Virus record (IMG/VR): IMGVR_UViG_3300034355_001150
Location: 25,767 to 89,766 of that record
Direction: 5' to 3' (one strand)
Length of the DNA stretch: 64,000 nt
DNA from: a virus
Positions 1 through 9,577 of the stretch are shown piece by piece. The position numbers and the translations under genes are program-made. Below the pieces are notes generated by a model. It searched no databases. It saw only the letters and a program-made list of their open reading frames with translations, and was not told the origin of the DNA. Numbering within the stretch: position 1 is the stretch's first letter; each line of letters opens with the position of its first letter.

Positions 1-135
1 TTCAGTGCGCCTCAACGAACAGTAACATCCAGTTCACCTGGCAGCGTTGGTCAAATTTGTTGGGATGCAAGTTACATTTATGTATGTACCTCTGCTAATA
101 CATGGTCGCGCACACAATTAACGAGTGGGTTTTAA
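1..135 (+). CDS. 3' end of an upstream fibre-protein paralog (partial)
   Basis: Frame 1 reads FSAPQRTVTSSSPGSVGQICWDASYIYVCTSANTWSRTQLTSGF*, closely matching the C-terminus of the 176..3940 protein (GTVGQICWDTNYVYVCIADNTWKRTALTGGF). Confidence 0.85.
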   Translation, partial: FSAPQRTVTSSSPGSVGQICWDASYIYVCTSANTWSRTQLTSGF

Positions 136-175
136 TGAAAACTAATACTAAAATAATGAGTAACGGAGTAACAAA

Positions 176-3100
176 ATGAGTATTATTAACAAGGTAGCTG
201 GTGGATTAGCTAATATAACCACCTATGATGCGAATACTGGTTCAATCATTGATATCACCGTATCCGGTAATGTTACTGCTGCTTACATCATTGGTGATGG
301 TAGCAATCTAAGCAATATTAATGCTGGAAATCTTGTCGGGGCGTATGGTAATGCTAATGTGGCTGCTTATTTGCCTACTTATACTGGGGCAATTACTGCA
401 AATAGCGCAAATGTAACAGGGAATGTTCTTGGCGCTAACTTCATTGGCAATGGACAATATCTAAGCAACATCAATATCGCTAATATCGCTGGTAGCTATT
501 CCAATTCTAATGTAGCCAGTTATCTGCCCAATAATACCAGCAATATTTCCGGTAACGTAATAACTGGTAATTTATTCTTTGGTGATGGATTTGGATTGAG
601 TAACATTCCTTATGCAAATATCACTAATGCTTATAGTAATGCCAATGTAGCCAGTTATCTGCCCAACAATACAAGCAATATTTCCGGTAACGTAATAACT
701 GGTAATTTATTCTTTGGTGATGGATTTGGATTGAGTAACATTCCTTATGCGAATATCACCAATGCATATAGTAATGTGAATGTAGCCAGTTATCTGCCCA
801 ATAATACAAGCAATATCTCCGGTAACGTAATAACCGGAAATCTGTTAAATGTCAATGGTCCAGCGTTTGTAGCTGGCAACTTGACCGTTAGTGGCAATGT
901 TAACTACACCGATGTAACTGACTTAGTTGTCGGTGATCCTCTTATCTTCGTTGGAGCCAACAACGTCAGTGATATCGTTGATTTGGGCATGATCGTAACT
1001 TTTGATGACGGTGTAGCCCAACACGGTGGATTTGTTCGCGATGCAAGCGATGGTGTTTGGAAGTTGTTCAGCAATGTTATACCCGAACCCAATACTGTAG
1101 TTGACTTCAGCAATGCTATATATGATACGTTGCAAGCCGGATTCTTTTTAGGAGATGGTGGATTATTGAGCAATATCAATGCTGGCAATCTGGTTGGTGC
1201 ATACAGTAATGCTAATGTTGCTAACTATCTGCCAACATTCACTGGAACATTAACAGCGGGTAATGCTAATGTTACTGGCAATATTATTGCTTCTAATTTC
1301 ATCGGCAATGGTCAATACCTAAGCAATATCAATATCGCTAATATCGCTGGTAGCTATTCCAATTCTAATGTAGCCAGCTATCTACCCAATAATACAAGCA
1401 ATATTTCCGGTAACGTAATAACTGGTAATTTATTCTTCGGCAATGGCTTTGGATTGAGTAACATTCCCTATGCGAATATCACTAATGCTTACAGTAATGT
1501 GAATGTAGCATTCTATCTACCTAATAATACCAGCAATATTTCTGGTAATGTCATAACCGGCAATCTATTTTCAGGTAATGGCTCACAACTAACTAATCTA
1601 CCAATTGCATCAATTATTGGTAACGGCACAAGCAACGTCAGGATTCCTACTGCCAATGGCAATATTACGATGACGATAAATGCCGCAAGTGCGTTCAATC
1701 TTAGCGCCACGTCTGTTAGTGTGGGAGTTGGCGCAGGTAGCTTCGCTCAAAGTCAGTTTGGCATAGCGATAGGTGAAAACGCGGGTCAAAACTTACAAGG
1801 CGATGGTGGCATCGCCATCGGTGCTGCTGCGGGACAAGAAACACAAGGCTCCGGAGCCATTGCTATCGGCTTATCTGGAACGGCTGGTAATACACAGGGC
1901 GCATCGGCTATTGCTATCGGCCTTGGCACCGCTTACGATAATCAAGGTGAGAGAGCAATCGCTATCGGTGAGCAAGCAGCATATGACATACAAGGTGCGG
2001 ATGCTATTGCTATCGGCCCGTATTCTGGGTACAGCATACAGGGCATAGGCGCTGTGGCTGTCGGCAACTATGCGGGTCATTTTGTCCAAGGTGAATACAG
2101 TATTGCTATCGGCACACTGGCTGGCAATAGTTCGCAAGCCAACAACAGCATCATTCTGAATGCAACAGGCAATGATCTAGACGCCAACAATAGCGGATTT
2201 TATGCAGCACCAGTTCGTGACAATGTAACAACCGATGCTGTTTTTTATGATGTTACTACTAATGAAATATCATATGCTACGGCCTATGGTAACGCAAATG
2301 TTGCCGATTATCTACCAATCAACACATCCAGTGTTAACGCTGATGTTGTTACAGCTACACTGTTTAGTGGTGACGGTGGATTACTGAGCAACATCAATGC
2401 CGGCAATCTGGTTGGCGCTTATGGTAATGCCAATGTTGCAGATTATCTCGCAAACAATGCGACATCAGGTGACATATACGGTGGAATCATCACTGGCACA
2501 TATCTTTATGGTGATGGTAGCAACCTAACCAACATCGATGGCTCAACTATCTTTGGCGATATCAATATTTCTCCAAACAACATCACTGCTGGTAATGCTA
2601 CGTTTAATGGAAATATCAGTGTAGTCGGTAATGTAACCGTATCCGGCAATCTGAATTATCAAGACGTTACTGATTTAGTTGTAGGTGATCCACTTATCTA
2701 TATCGGTGCGAATAATACTGCTGATATCGTTGATCTCGGGTTAGTTGCAAGCTACGATCCTGGTGCTGGTGAATTACATACTGGCTTCGTGCGTGATCAT
2801 ACAGATGGAATTTGGAAGCTATTTACCGCATTAGCCGATGAACCAACAACCGTAGTCAATTGGGCAAACGCAACGCTTGCCGCAATGGAAGTAGGAACAA
2901 TTATCGGTGACGGTGGATTCCTATCTAATATTCAATATGCCAATGTTGTTGGTGCTTATAGTAACACCAATGTTGCCGATTATCTACCTCTTAATACTGC
3001 CAGCGTTAATGCTGATGTAGTTACTGCCACGCTGTTCAGTGGCGATGGTGGTGAGTTAAGTAATATTATTGCTGCTAATTTAGTAGGTGCATATGCTAAT

Positions 3101-3940
3101 GCTAACGTAGCAGACTACTTGCCGACTTACACTGGCAATCTTGCTGGCAACAACATCACTATAACTAATGAGTCCAACTTTGGTGCTATTGGCAACGTCA
3201 CTATTACTGGCGGCAACGCCGGTGAAGTAATAATCACTGATGGTGCTGGCAATCTGTCGTTCGGCAACGCAGTTACAGTTATTCCAGCAGTCTATTTTAC
3301 TGCCAATACTTCTGGCAATAATCTGACATTCGCTAATGCTATTTTGTCAGCCTATGCTGCCAACACCGATATGACACTGTTCTACAATGGGTCATTGCTA
3401 GATAGCAGTTATTACTCGCTTAGTGGTGATACGATTACCGTAAAAACACCGCTGTCAACTGGGGATAACATTGATATTATACAACAGTTTGCCGGAACTT
3501 TCAACACTGTTGTACCAAATGGTTATGGCAACGCCAACGTAGCTGCTTACCTACCAACCTACTCTGGTAATGTTGGGGCTGGATACATCAACGCCGACGA
3601 TGAGATAACAATCGCTACCAATAATGAGCATGGCGGCGTTGGATATGCTGGCATTATGACGATGACTAACACTGGTTCCAATGTTACTAACCCCAACAAG
3701 TTTGTAAGGCTCAATAACGTCGGAGCATTAGAGATAATAAATAGTTCATACAGTAATGTTATATTGGCCCTAAGTGATTCCGGCAATACTACTATTACGG
3801 GACTATTATCTTCACCTCTCAGAACTGTAACGGCTAATTCCATAGGTACTGTCGGTCAGATTTGTTGGGATACCAATTACGTTTACGTATGCATTGCAGA
3901 CAATACATGGAAGAGAACAGCATTGACAGGTGGGTTCTGA
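176..3940 (+). CDS. Large Asn/Gly-rich virion fibre/adhesin protein (1254 aa)
   Basis: GGAG RBS. Repeated A-x-(Y/F)-F-x-G-D/N-G-x-x-L-S-N-I and Y(G/S)NANVAxYLP motifs, a short YadA-head-like AIAIG array, and a phage-fibre-type C-terminal GQICWD..YVYVC..NTWKR domain. Confidence 0.75.
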   Translation: MSIINKVAGGLANITTYDANTGSIIDITVSGNVTAAYIIGDGSNLSNINAGNLVGAYGNANVAAYLPTYTGAITANSANVTGNVLGANFIGNGQYLSNINIANIAGSYSNSNVASYLPNNTSNISGNVITGNLFFGDGFGLSNIPYANITNAYSNANVASYLPNNTSNISGNVITGNLFFGDGFGLSNIPYANITNAYSNVNVASYLPNNTSNISGNVITGNLLNVNGPAFVAGNLTVSGNVNYTDVTDLVVGDPLIFVGANNVSDIVDLGMIVTFDDGVAQHGGFVRDASDGVWKLFSNVIPEPNTVVDFSNAIYDTLQAGFFLGDGGLLSNINAGNLVGAYSNANVANYLPTFTGTLTAGNANVTGNIIASNFIGNGQYLSNINIANIAGSYSNSNVASYLPNNTSNISGNVITGNLFFGNGFGLSNIPYANITNAYSNVNVAFYLPNNTSNISGNVITGNLFSGNGSQLTNLPIASIIGNGTSNVRIPTANGNITMTINAASAFNLSATSVSVGVGAGSFAQSQFGIAIGENAGQNLQGDGGIAIGAAAGQETQGSGAIAIGLSGTAGNTQGASAIAIGLGTAYDNQGERAIAIGEQAAYDIQGADAIAIGPYSGYSIQGIGAVAVGNYAGHFVQGEYSIAIGTLAGNSSQANNSIILNATGNDLDANNSGFYAAPVRDNVTTDAVFYDVTTNEISYATAYGNANVADYLPINTSSVNADVVTATLFSGDGGLLSNINAGNLVGAYGNANVADYLANNATSGDIYGGIITGTYLYGDGSNLTNIDGSTIFGDINISPNNITAGNATFNGNISVVGNVTVSGNLNYQDVTDLVVGDPLIYIGANNTADIVDLGLVASYDPGAGELHTGFVRDHTDGIWKLFTALADEPTTVVNWANATLAAMEVGTIIGDGGFLSNIQYANVVGAYSNTNVADYLPLNTASVNADVVTATLFSGDGGELSNIIAANLVGAYANANVADYLPTYTGNLAGNNITITNESNFGAIGNVTITGGNAGEVIITDGAGNLSFGNAVTVIPAVYFTANTSGNNLTFANAILSAYAANTDMTLFYNGSLLDSSYYSLSGDTITVKTPLSTGDNIDIIQQFAGTFNTVVPNGYGNANVAAYLPTYSGNVGAGYINADDEITIATNNEHGGVGYAGIMTMTNTGSNVTNPNKFVRLNNVGALEIINSSYSNVILALSDSGNTTITGLLSSPLRTVTANSIGTVGQICWDTNYVYVCIADNTWKRTALTGGF
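502..835 (+). repeat. 120-bp tandem coding repeat (40 aa), with further copies at ~1342-1560
   Basis: Near-identical units encoding SNxNVASYLPNNTSNISGNVITGNLFFGDGFGLSNIPYANITNAY recur at 120-nt spacing. Confidence 0.85.
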
Positions 3941-3986
3941 TACTAAATCAGCTTCCAACAACAATGAATAATATAGATATGGTATA

Positions 3987-3994
3987 GATAAATA
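3987..3994 (+). promoter_or_regulatory. Putative T4-like late promoter box GATAAATA
   Basis: Intergenic, upstream of a structural gene. The same (G/C/T)ATAAATA box precedes other late genes and resembles the T4 gp55 late consensus TATAAATA. Confidence 0.55.
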
Positions 3995-4038
3995 TACACA
4001 TAAAAGAGAATAGCATTAACGAACAACGGAGTTATAAA

Positions 4039-7000
4039 ATGTCAATTAAAAATAAAGTAACCGGCGAATTATCAAACATTACTACCTATGATCCAATTAC
4101 TGGGGAAATCTCAGATATTGGTGTATCTGGTAATGTTGTTGCCGGAAATGAGATGGTTGCTGGTTACTTTATTGGTGACGGCAGCAATATATCCAATCTA
4201 AATCTATCCAATGCTACCGGTGGTTACGGTAACAGTAACGTTGCTAATTATATGCCAACATATGCTGGAAATATCTTAGCCAATGTTGTTACTGCTAATT
4301 TATTTTACGGTAATGGATTTGGATTAAGTAATATTCCTTATGCTAACGTTACTGGTGCCTACAGCAACGCCAACGTTGCCAATTATCTGCCAACGAACAC
4401 GAGCAATATTGCTGGCAACAATATAACTACAATCGGAAATGTTACAGCTGGGTATTTTATCGGCGATGGTTATAATCTATCAAACCTGAACTTAGCCAAC
4501 GCTACTGGTGGTTACGGTAACAGCAACGTTGCTAATTATCTACCTACGTATACGGGCAACATCACCGCAAATAATGTTACTGCAACCACATTTATAGGAA
4601 ACATCGCTCTCGCTAATGTAGTCGGGGCTGGCAATCTCGCAGCTATAAACCTAAATGGCAACGTGTCCACGTATTTGGCTGGCAATGGCGGATGGCTACC
4701 AAGTCCATCGTTGTACAATAACGCAAGTGCAGCAGCATATCTTGCTTCGTTCGGCAGCAATTCAATTAATACCACTGGCACTATTTCTTCTGGATACTTT
4801 ATTGGTAACGGCAGCAATCTTACTAATTTACCGGGTGCTAATATCGTTGGAGCAATCAACATTTCTCCAAATAACATTACTGCTGGCAATGCTACATTCA
4901 ACGGCAACATTAGCGTAGCTGGCAACGTCACTGTATCTGGTAATCTGAATTATCAGGACGTTACTGATTTAGTGGTAGGTGATCCACTTATCTATATCGG
5001 TGCGAATAATACCGCTGACATTGTTGATCTTGGCTTAATCGCAAGTTATGATCCAGGTAACGGCGAACTACACACTGGGTTCGTTCGTGATCACACTGAT
5101 GGCGTTTGGAAGCTATTTGACAATCTACCCGATGAACCAACCACCGTTGTTGATTTTGCTAATGCGACTCCAGCTGATATTCAAGCCGGTACGTTCTTCG
5201 GCGATGGCGGTGGATTATCTAACATTCAGTATGCTAATTTGGTCGGCGCTTATAGCAACTCAAATGTAGCAGCTTATCTGCCCACCTACACTGGTAACAT
5301 CACCGGTAACACCGCCACATTTACTGGCAATGTAACAGGCAATTATATTTTGGGCAATGGTAGCCAACTAACTAGTTTGCCTACTCAGACTCAAATAGTG
5401 AATGGCACAAGCAACGTCTTTATCCCAACAGCCAACGGTAACATCGCATTTACTGTAGCCGGAAACAGTGCTGGCAGAATCAGCAACAGCGCCGTGTCTT
5501 TGGGTGCTGGTGCTGGTGCCACAGCACAAAGCACACAAACTGTTGCCATAGGTGTTACCGCTGGCGCAAACACACAAGGATTCCGTGCTGTTGCCATCGG
5601 CTCTGACGCTGGCGCAAACACACAAGGTTCTGGTTCCGTTGCAGTTGGTCGTGGTGCCGCAACTGATGGACAAGGTTCTAGTTCTGTTGCTGTTGGGCCA
5701 ACCGCCGGTTATGAATTTCAAGGTATTACAGCCGTCGCCATAGGTTCTGGCACTGGATACTCACGTCAGGGTCTAAACTCAGTTGCTGTCGGATATAATT
5801 CTGCCGGAAACGCACAAGGCAACAATTCAGTATGTATTGGTTCAAGTGCTGCTACTGAATCTCAAGGATCCAATGCTGTTGCTATAGGAACAAACGCTGG
5901 CTACCGAACCCAGGGTGCTAACAGTATCGCTATCGGTCTCAACGCTGGTGCCGGCAACACATTCGCTCAACCAGCTAACAGTATTGCTATCGTAGCAACC
6001 GGTGTTGATATGGTTCCACGCAATGCTGGTTTCTATGTTGATCCTGTTCGCAATGATACCGGAAACACCACAAACGTGCTGTATTACAACACGACCACAA
6101 AGGAACTTACTTATGGTCCAGGTGCAAGCAATTATGGCAACTCAAACGTAGCCACATATCTAGCGAGTGGCAATAACACAAGCAATATTATTACAACAGG
6201 TAATTTGGCAATCGGAAATACCATTGCTGTTCTACCTAATACTGTTGCAAGCTTTGGTGCTAATGTTGATAGTTATGCTCAGATAAATCTCCAAAACTTG
6301 AGCAACGGGTCAAATGCCGAAGCTGATTTTGTTATTACCGCCAATAATGGCAATGATACCGTTAATTTTGTTAACATGGGTATCGTCAATAGCGGTTATG
6401 ATGCAAATACTCCCACCAATAGCCTCGGTAATATCATCAATGCTGCTGATGCTTTCGTATATGCTCAAGGTAATACAGCTAATACATCTCAAAGTGGCGG
6501 CAATCTCGCTATCGGCACCACAGTTGCAGGAAAAGTCGTCAGAGTATTTGCTGGTGGTAATACCACATCTGAAATCGTTGCAGTTTTTAGCAATAATCGT
6601 GTTACTATTGGATCAGGCGCAGCTACTGCTAATGCTGGTTCTAACTCGGTCGCTATCGGAACATCTGCTGGTGCTAATGCCCAAGGAAACAATTCCGTAG
6701 CTATCGGAACATTTACTGGTAATAGTTTGCAAGGTGCTAATTCAGTCGCTATTGGCTTTGAATCTGGCAACGCATCACAAAATGCCAACAGTGTTGCAAT
6801 TGGTTATCACTCTGCAAGAAATAGTCAATCCGTTCAATCAGTGGCTATCGGTTTTAGAGCAGGTAATAATTCACAGGGATCGCAATCAGTTGCTATCGGA
6901 CAAAATTGCGGTAATGCCACTCAAGGAACTAATAGTGTTGCAATTGGATCAGCTGCTGGACAAACTACCCAAGGAGATTACGCTGTTGCTATAGGATCAT

Positions 7001-9576
7001 TCACTGGGGTAACTAGTCAAGGTGGGTTAGCTGTGGCTATGGGACATCTAGCAGGTCAATCTACACAAGGCGCGAGAAGCGTTGCTATCGGCTCTGACGC
7101 TGCTGTTACGACACAAGGCGCAAATGCAGTAGCGGTTGGTTACTTGGCTGGTAGAGGAACTCAAGGAAACAGTTCTGTTGCCCTCGGCCACTCAGCAGGA
7201 AGCAACGCACAAGGAATGCAAAGTGTTGCTATTGGCTATCTCGCAGGTAATATTACCCAAGGCAATACCGCCGTTGCTATCGGTTCTTCTGCTGGTGAAA
7301 CATCACAAGGCATCAGATCAGTTGCGCTTGGTGATGGTGCTGCATCAATTTCCCAAGGAACACAATCTGTTGCAATCGGGTATAATGCTGCCGGAAATAC
7401 CCAAGGCACTAACTCTGTTGCGATTGGGCAAAATGCTGGCAATAATTCACAAAGCGGATCAGCAGTAGCAATCGGTAAATCTGCCGGTCAAACGTCTCAA
7501 GGTGCATCCGGTATAGCAATCGGCTCTGATGCCGCTCTGACCTCACAGGGACAAAGTGCTGTCGCTATTGGTACAGGAGCGGCAAATAATACTCAAGGAA
7601 CTCAATCAGTTGCTATTGGTTACTTGGCTGGTAGTAATGTTCAAAGTGTCAATGCTGTTGCTATGGGACCATTAGCTGGTCAATTTAGCCAATCTGCAAA
7701 TGCAGTTGCCATTGGCTTACAAGCTGGCTCAAATACTCAAGGCTCATACGCTATCGCAATCGGTTTCACAGCGGGCTCCACAAGCCAATCTACCAACGGT
7801 GTTGCTATTGGCACGTATGCTGCTAACGTATCACAGGGTGCTCGTTCAGTAGCCATTGGCTACGATGCTGGTCGTGTATCACAGGGCGGTAGTTCAGTAG
7901 CTATAGGCGAAGATGCAGCTAACGCCTCACAGGGATTGGGTGGCGTGGCTATCGGTTACCAAGCAGGTGCCAACACTCAGGGTGCCGCTGGTATCGCAAT
8001 AGGTACAGTGGCCGGTAGTCTCACACAAGGAGCACAATCTATTGCTATCGGTAACACGGCTGGGGCAAACACACAAGGTGCCAACTCTATTGCCATGGGC
8101 TACCAAGCTGGACAGACAACACAAGGAGCGAGAGCAATAGCAATCGGCGGAGTAGCTGGTCAGGTTTCACAAGGCATCAATTCTGTTGCCATTGGTTATC
8201 TTGCTGGTAACGCTTCTCAACCAGCAAATAGTATTATCCTTAATGCTTCTGGTTCAGCACAAAACGCAACCAACTCAGGTTTCTATGTCAATCCAGTTCG
8301 TAACGACACTGCTAATGTGGCAAACGTTGTTTATTTCAACGCAACCACTAATGAACTCACCTATGCTACTGCCTATGGTAATACACAGGTCAGCAACTAC
8401 TTAGCAAACGGCAACAATACCGGCGGGTATTCTACCACAGGCAACATTTCTTCAGGTAGCATAACAGCAAATGGTAATATCATTGTATCAGGAAATGTCG
8501 GTACAGGCAACATAAGTGGCGCTAATAATATCGCTGCTGTCAATTTCCTAGCATCTGGTAACATCACGGTCAGTGGCTTATCAAACCTCGGTGCTGTGGG
8601 CAATGTCAGTATCACTGGTGGCAGTAATGGTCAAGTTCTTACAACTAACGGCAATGGAGTACTAAGTTGGACTACAGTAAGCGGCGGCAGCAGCTATGGC
8701 AATAGTAACGTTGCTCTCTATCTTGCTAGTGGTACTAATACAAGCAACGTCATTACTACTGGAAACCTCGCGGCTGGTACTACCATCAGTTCATTGCCGA
8801 ATACTGTAGCCAGTTTTGGTGGTAATGTAGATAGTTACTTGCAAATCAATCTACAGAACTTGAGTACAGGCAGTAATGCGGAATCCGACATCGTTATCAC
8901 TGCTAATAACGGTAACGATACTGTCAATTATGCTGCGTTGGGATTGGTCAATAGCGCCTACGACAGAAACTCTCCGACTAATAGTCTAGGTAATATCCTC
9001 TACCCGGTTGATACATTCTTGTATGCTCAAGGCAATACTGCTAATACTGCACAGAGCGGTGGTAACCTGGTTCTCGGTACCACAGTGCCAACGAAAAACA
9101 TCAAGTTATTCGCTGGTGGTAACAATGACCAAGCACAGGTAGCAGTATTCACTAACAGTAACGTGTTTATGAATGCTATTCGTAGCGATAACGGAAACCT
9201 CGTAAACGTGATGTATTTTAATACTTCCACGAAGGAAGTAAGTTACGGACCAGCGTCTGTTATCGGCAAGACTACTCTTACCGGCAACACTACTCTGAGC
9301 CTTGGACAAGCAGGCACGTTCTTGTATTCAACATCAGCAAACAACATCAGCGTGACAGTTCCATCAAACTCCAACGTTGCGTTCGCTGTAGGTACTACCA
9401 TTACGCTCGTACAGCAAGGTTCGGGTGCGGCAGTTCTTACTCCACAGGCAGGCGTAACTATGTATCTCGGTGGCAACAACATAAGCACCAGCAGAACAGT
9501 AAGCCCATACGGCATTGGAACGTTGTTGAAGGTGGATACTGATACCTGGTTCGTTAACGGCACAGGAGTATATTAA
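4039..9576 (+). CDS. Giant fibre/adhesin protein (1845 aa) with long YadA-head-like beta-roll arrays
   Basis: N-terminus is paralogous to 176..3940 (MSIxNKVxGxLxNITTYD). Dozens of QGxx(S/A)VAIGxxAGxxx units and a phage-fibre-type C-terminal beta domain. Confidence 0.8.
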   Translation: MSIKNKVTGELSNITTYDPITGEISDIGVSGNVVAGNEMVAGYFIGDGSNISNLNLSNATGGYGNSNVANYMPTYAGNILANVVTANLFYGNGFGLSNIPYANVTGAYSNANVANYLPTNTSNIAGNNITTIGNVTAGYFIGDGYNLSNLNLANATGGYGNSNVANYLPTYTGNITANNVTATTFIGNIALANVVGAGNLAAINLNGNVSTYLAGNGGWLPSPSLYNNASAAAYLASFGSNSINTTGTISSGYFIGNGSNLTNLPGANIVGAINISPNNITAGNATFNGNISVAGNVTVSGNLNYQDVTDLVVGDPLIYIGANNTADIVDLGLIASYDPGNGELHTGFVRDHTDGVWKLFDNLPDEPTTVVDFANATPADIQAGTFFGDGGGLSNIQYANLVGAYSNSNVAAYLPTYTGNITGNTATFTGNVTGNYILGNGSQLTSLPTQTQIVNGTSNVFIPTANGNIAFTVAGNSAGRISNSAVSLGAGAGATAQSTQTVAIGVTAGANTQGFRAVAIGSDAGANTQGSGSVAVGRGAATDGQGSSSVAVGPTAGYEFQGITAVAIGSGTGYSRQGLNSVAVGYNSAGNAQGNNSVCIGSSAATESQGSNAVAIGTNAGYRTQGANSIAIGLNAGAGNTFAQPANSIAIVATGVDMVPRNAGFYVDPVRNDTGNTTNVLYYNTTTKELTYGPGASNYGNSNVATYLASGNNTSNIITTGNLAIGNTIAVLPNTVASFGANVDSYAQINLQNLSNGSNAEADFVITANNGNDTVNFVNMGIVNSGYDANTPTNSLGNIINAADAFVYAQGNTANTSQSGGNLAIGTTVAGKVVRVFAGGNTTSEIVAVFSNNRVTIGSGAATANAGSNSVAIGTSAGANAQGNNSVAIGTFTGNSLQGANSVAIGFESGNASQNANSVAIGYHSARNSQSVQSVAIGFRAGNNSQGSQSVAIGQNCGNATQGTNSVAIGSAAGQTTQGDYAVAIGSFTGVTSQGGLAVAMGHLAGQSTQGARSVAIGSDAAVTTQGANAVAVGYLAGRGTQGNSSVALGHSAGSNAQGMQSVAIGYLAGNITQGNTAVAIGSSAGETSQGIRSVALGDGAASISQGTQSVAIGYNAAGNTQGTNSVAIGQNAGNNSQSGSAVAIGKSAGQTSQGASGIAIGSDAALTSQGQSAVAIGTGAANNTQGTQSVAIGYLAGSNVQSVNAVAMGPLAGQFSQSANAVAIGLQAGSNTQGSYAIAIGFTAGSTSQSTNGVAIGTYAANVSQGARSVAIGYDAGRVSQGGSSVAIGEDAANASQGLGGVAIGYQAGANTQGAAGIAIGTVAGSLTQGAQSIAIGNTAGANTQGANSIAMGYQAGQTTQGARAIAIGGVAGQVSQGINSVAIGYLAGNASQPANSIILNASGSAQNATNSGFYVNPVRNDTANVANVVYFNATTNELTYATAYGNTQVSNYLANGNNTGGYSTTGNISSGSITANGNIIVSGNVGTGNISGANNIAAVNFLASGNITVSGLSNLGAVGNVSITGGSNGQVLTTNGNGVLSWTTVSGGSSYGNSNVALYLASGTNTSNVITTGNLAAGTTISSLPNTVASFGGNVDSYLQINLQNLSTGSNAESDIVITANNGNDTVNYAALGLVNSAYDRNSPTNSLGNILYPVDTFLYAQGNTANTAQSGGNLVLGTTVPTKNIKLFAGGNNDQAQVAVFTNSNVFMNAIRSDNGNLVNVMYFNTSTKEVSYGPASVIGKTTLTGNTTLSLGQAGTFLYSTSANNISVTVPSNSNVAFAVGTTITLVQQGSGAAVLTPQAGVTMYLGGNNISTSRTVSPYGIGTLLKVDTDTWFVNGTGVY

Positions 9577-9577
9577 T

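Noticed and set aside
6600-8230. Ice-nucleation protein, given the 16-residue repeat
   Set aside because: Lacks the AGYGSTxTA/SxLxA consensus. The VAIG core is YadA-head-like.
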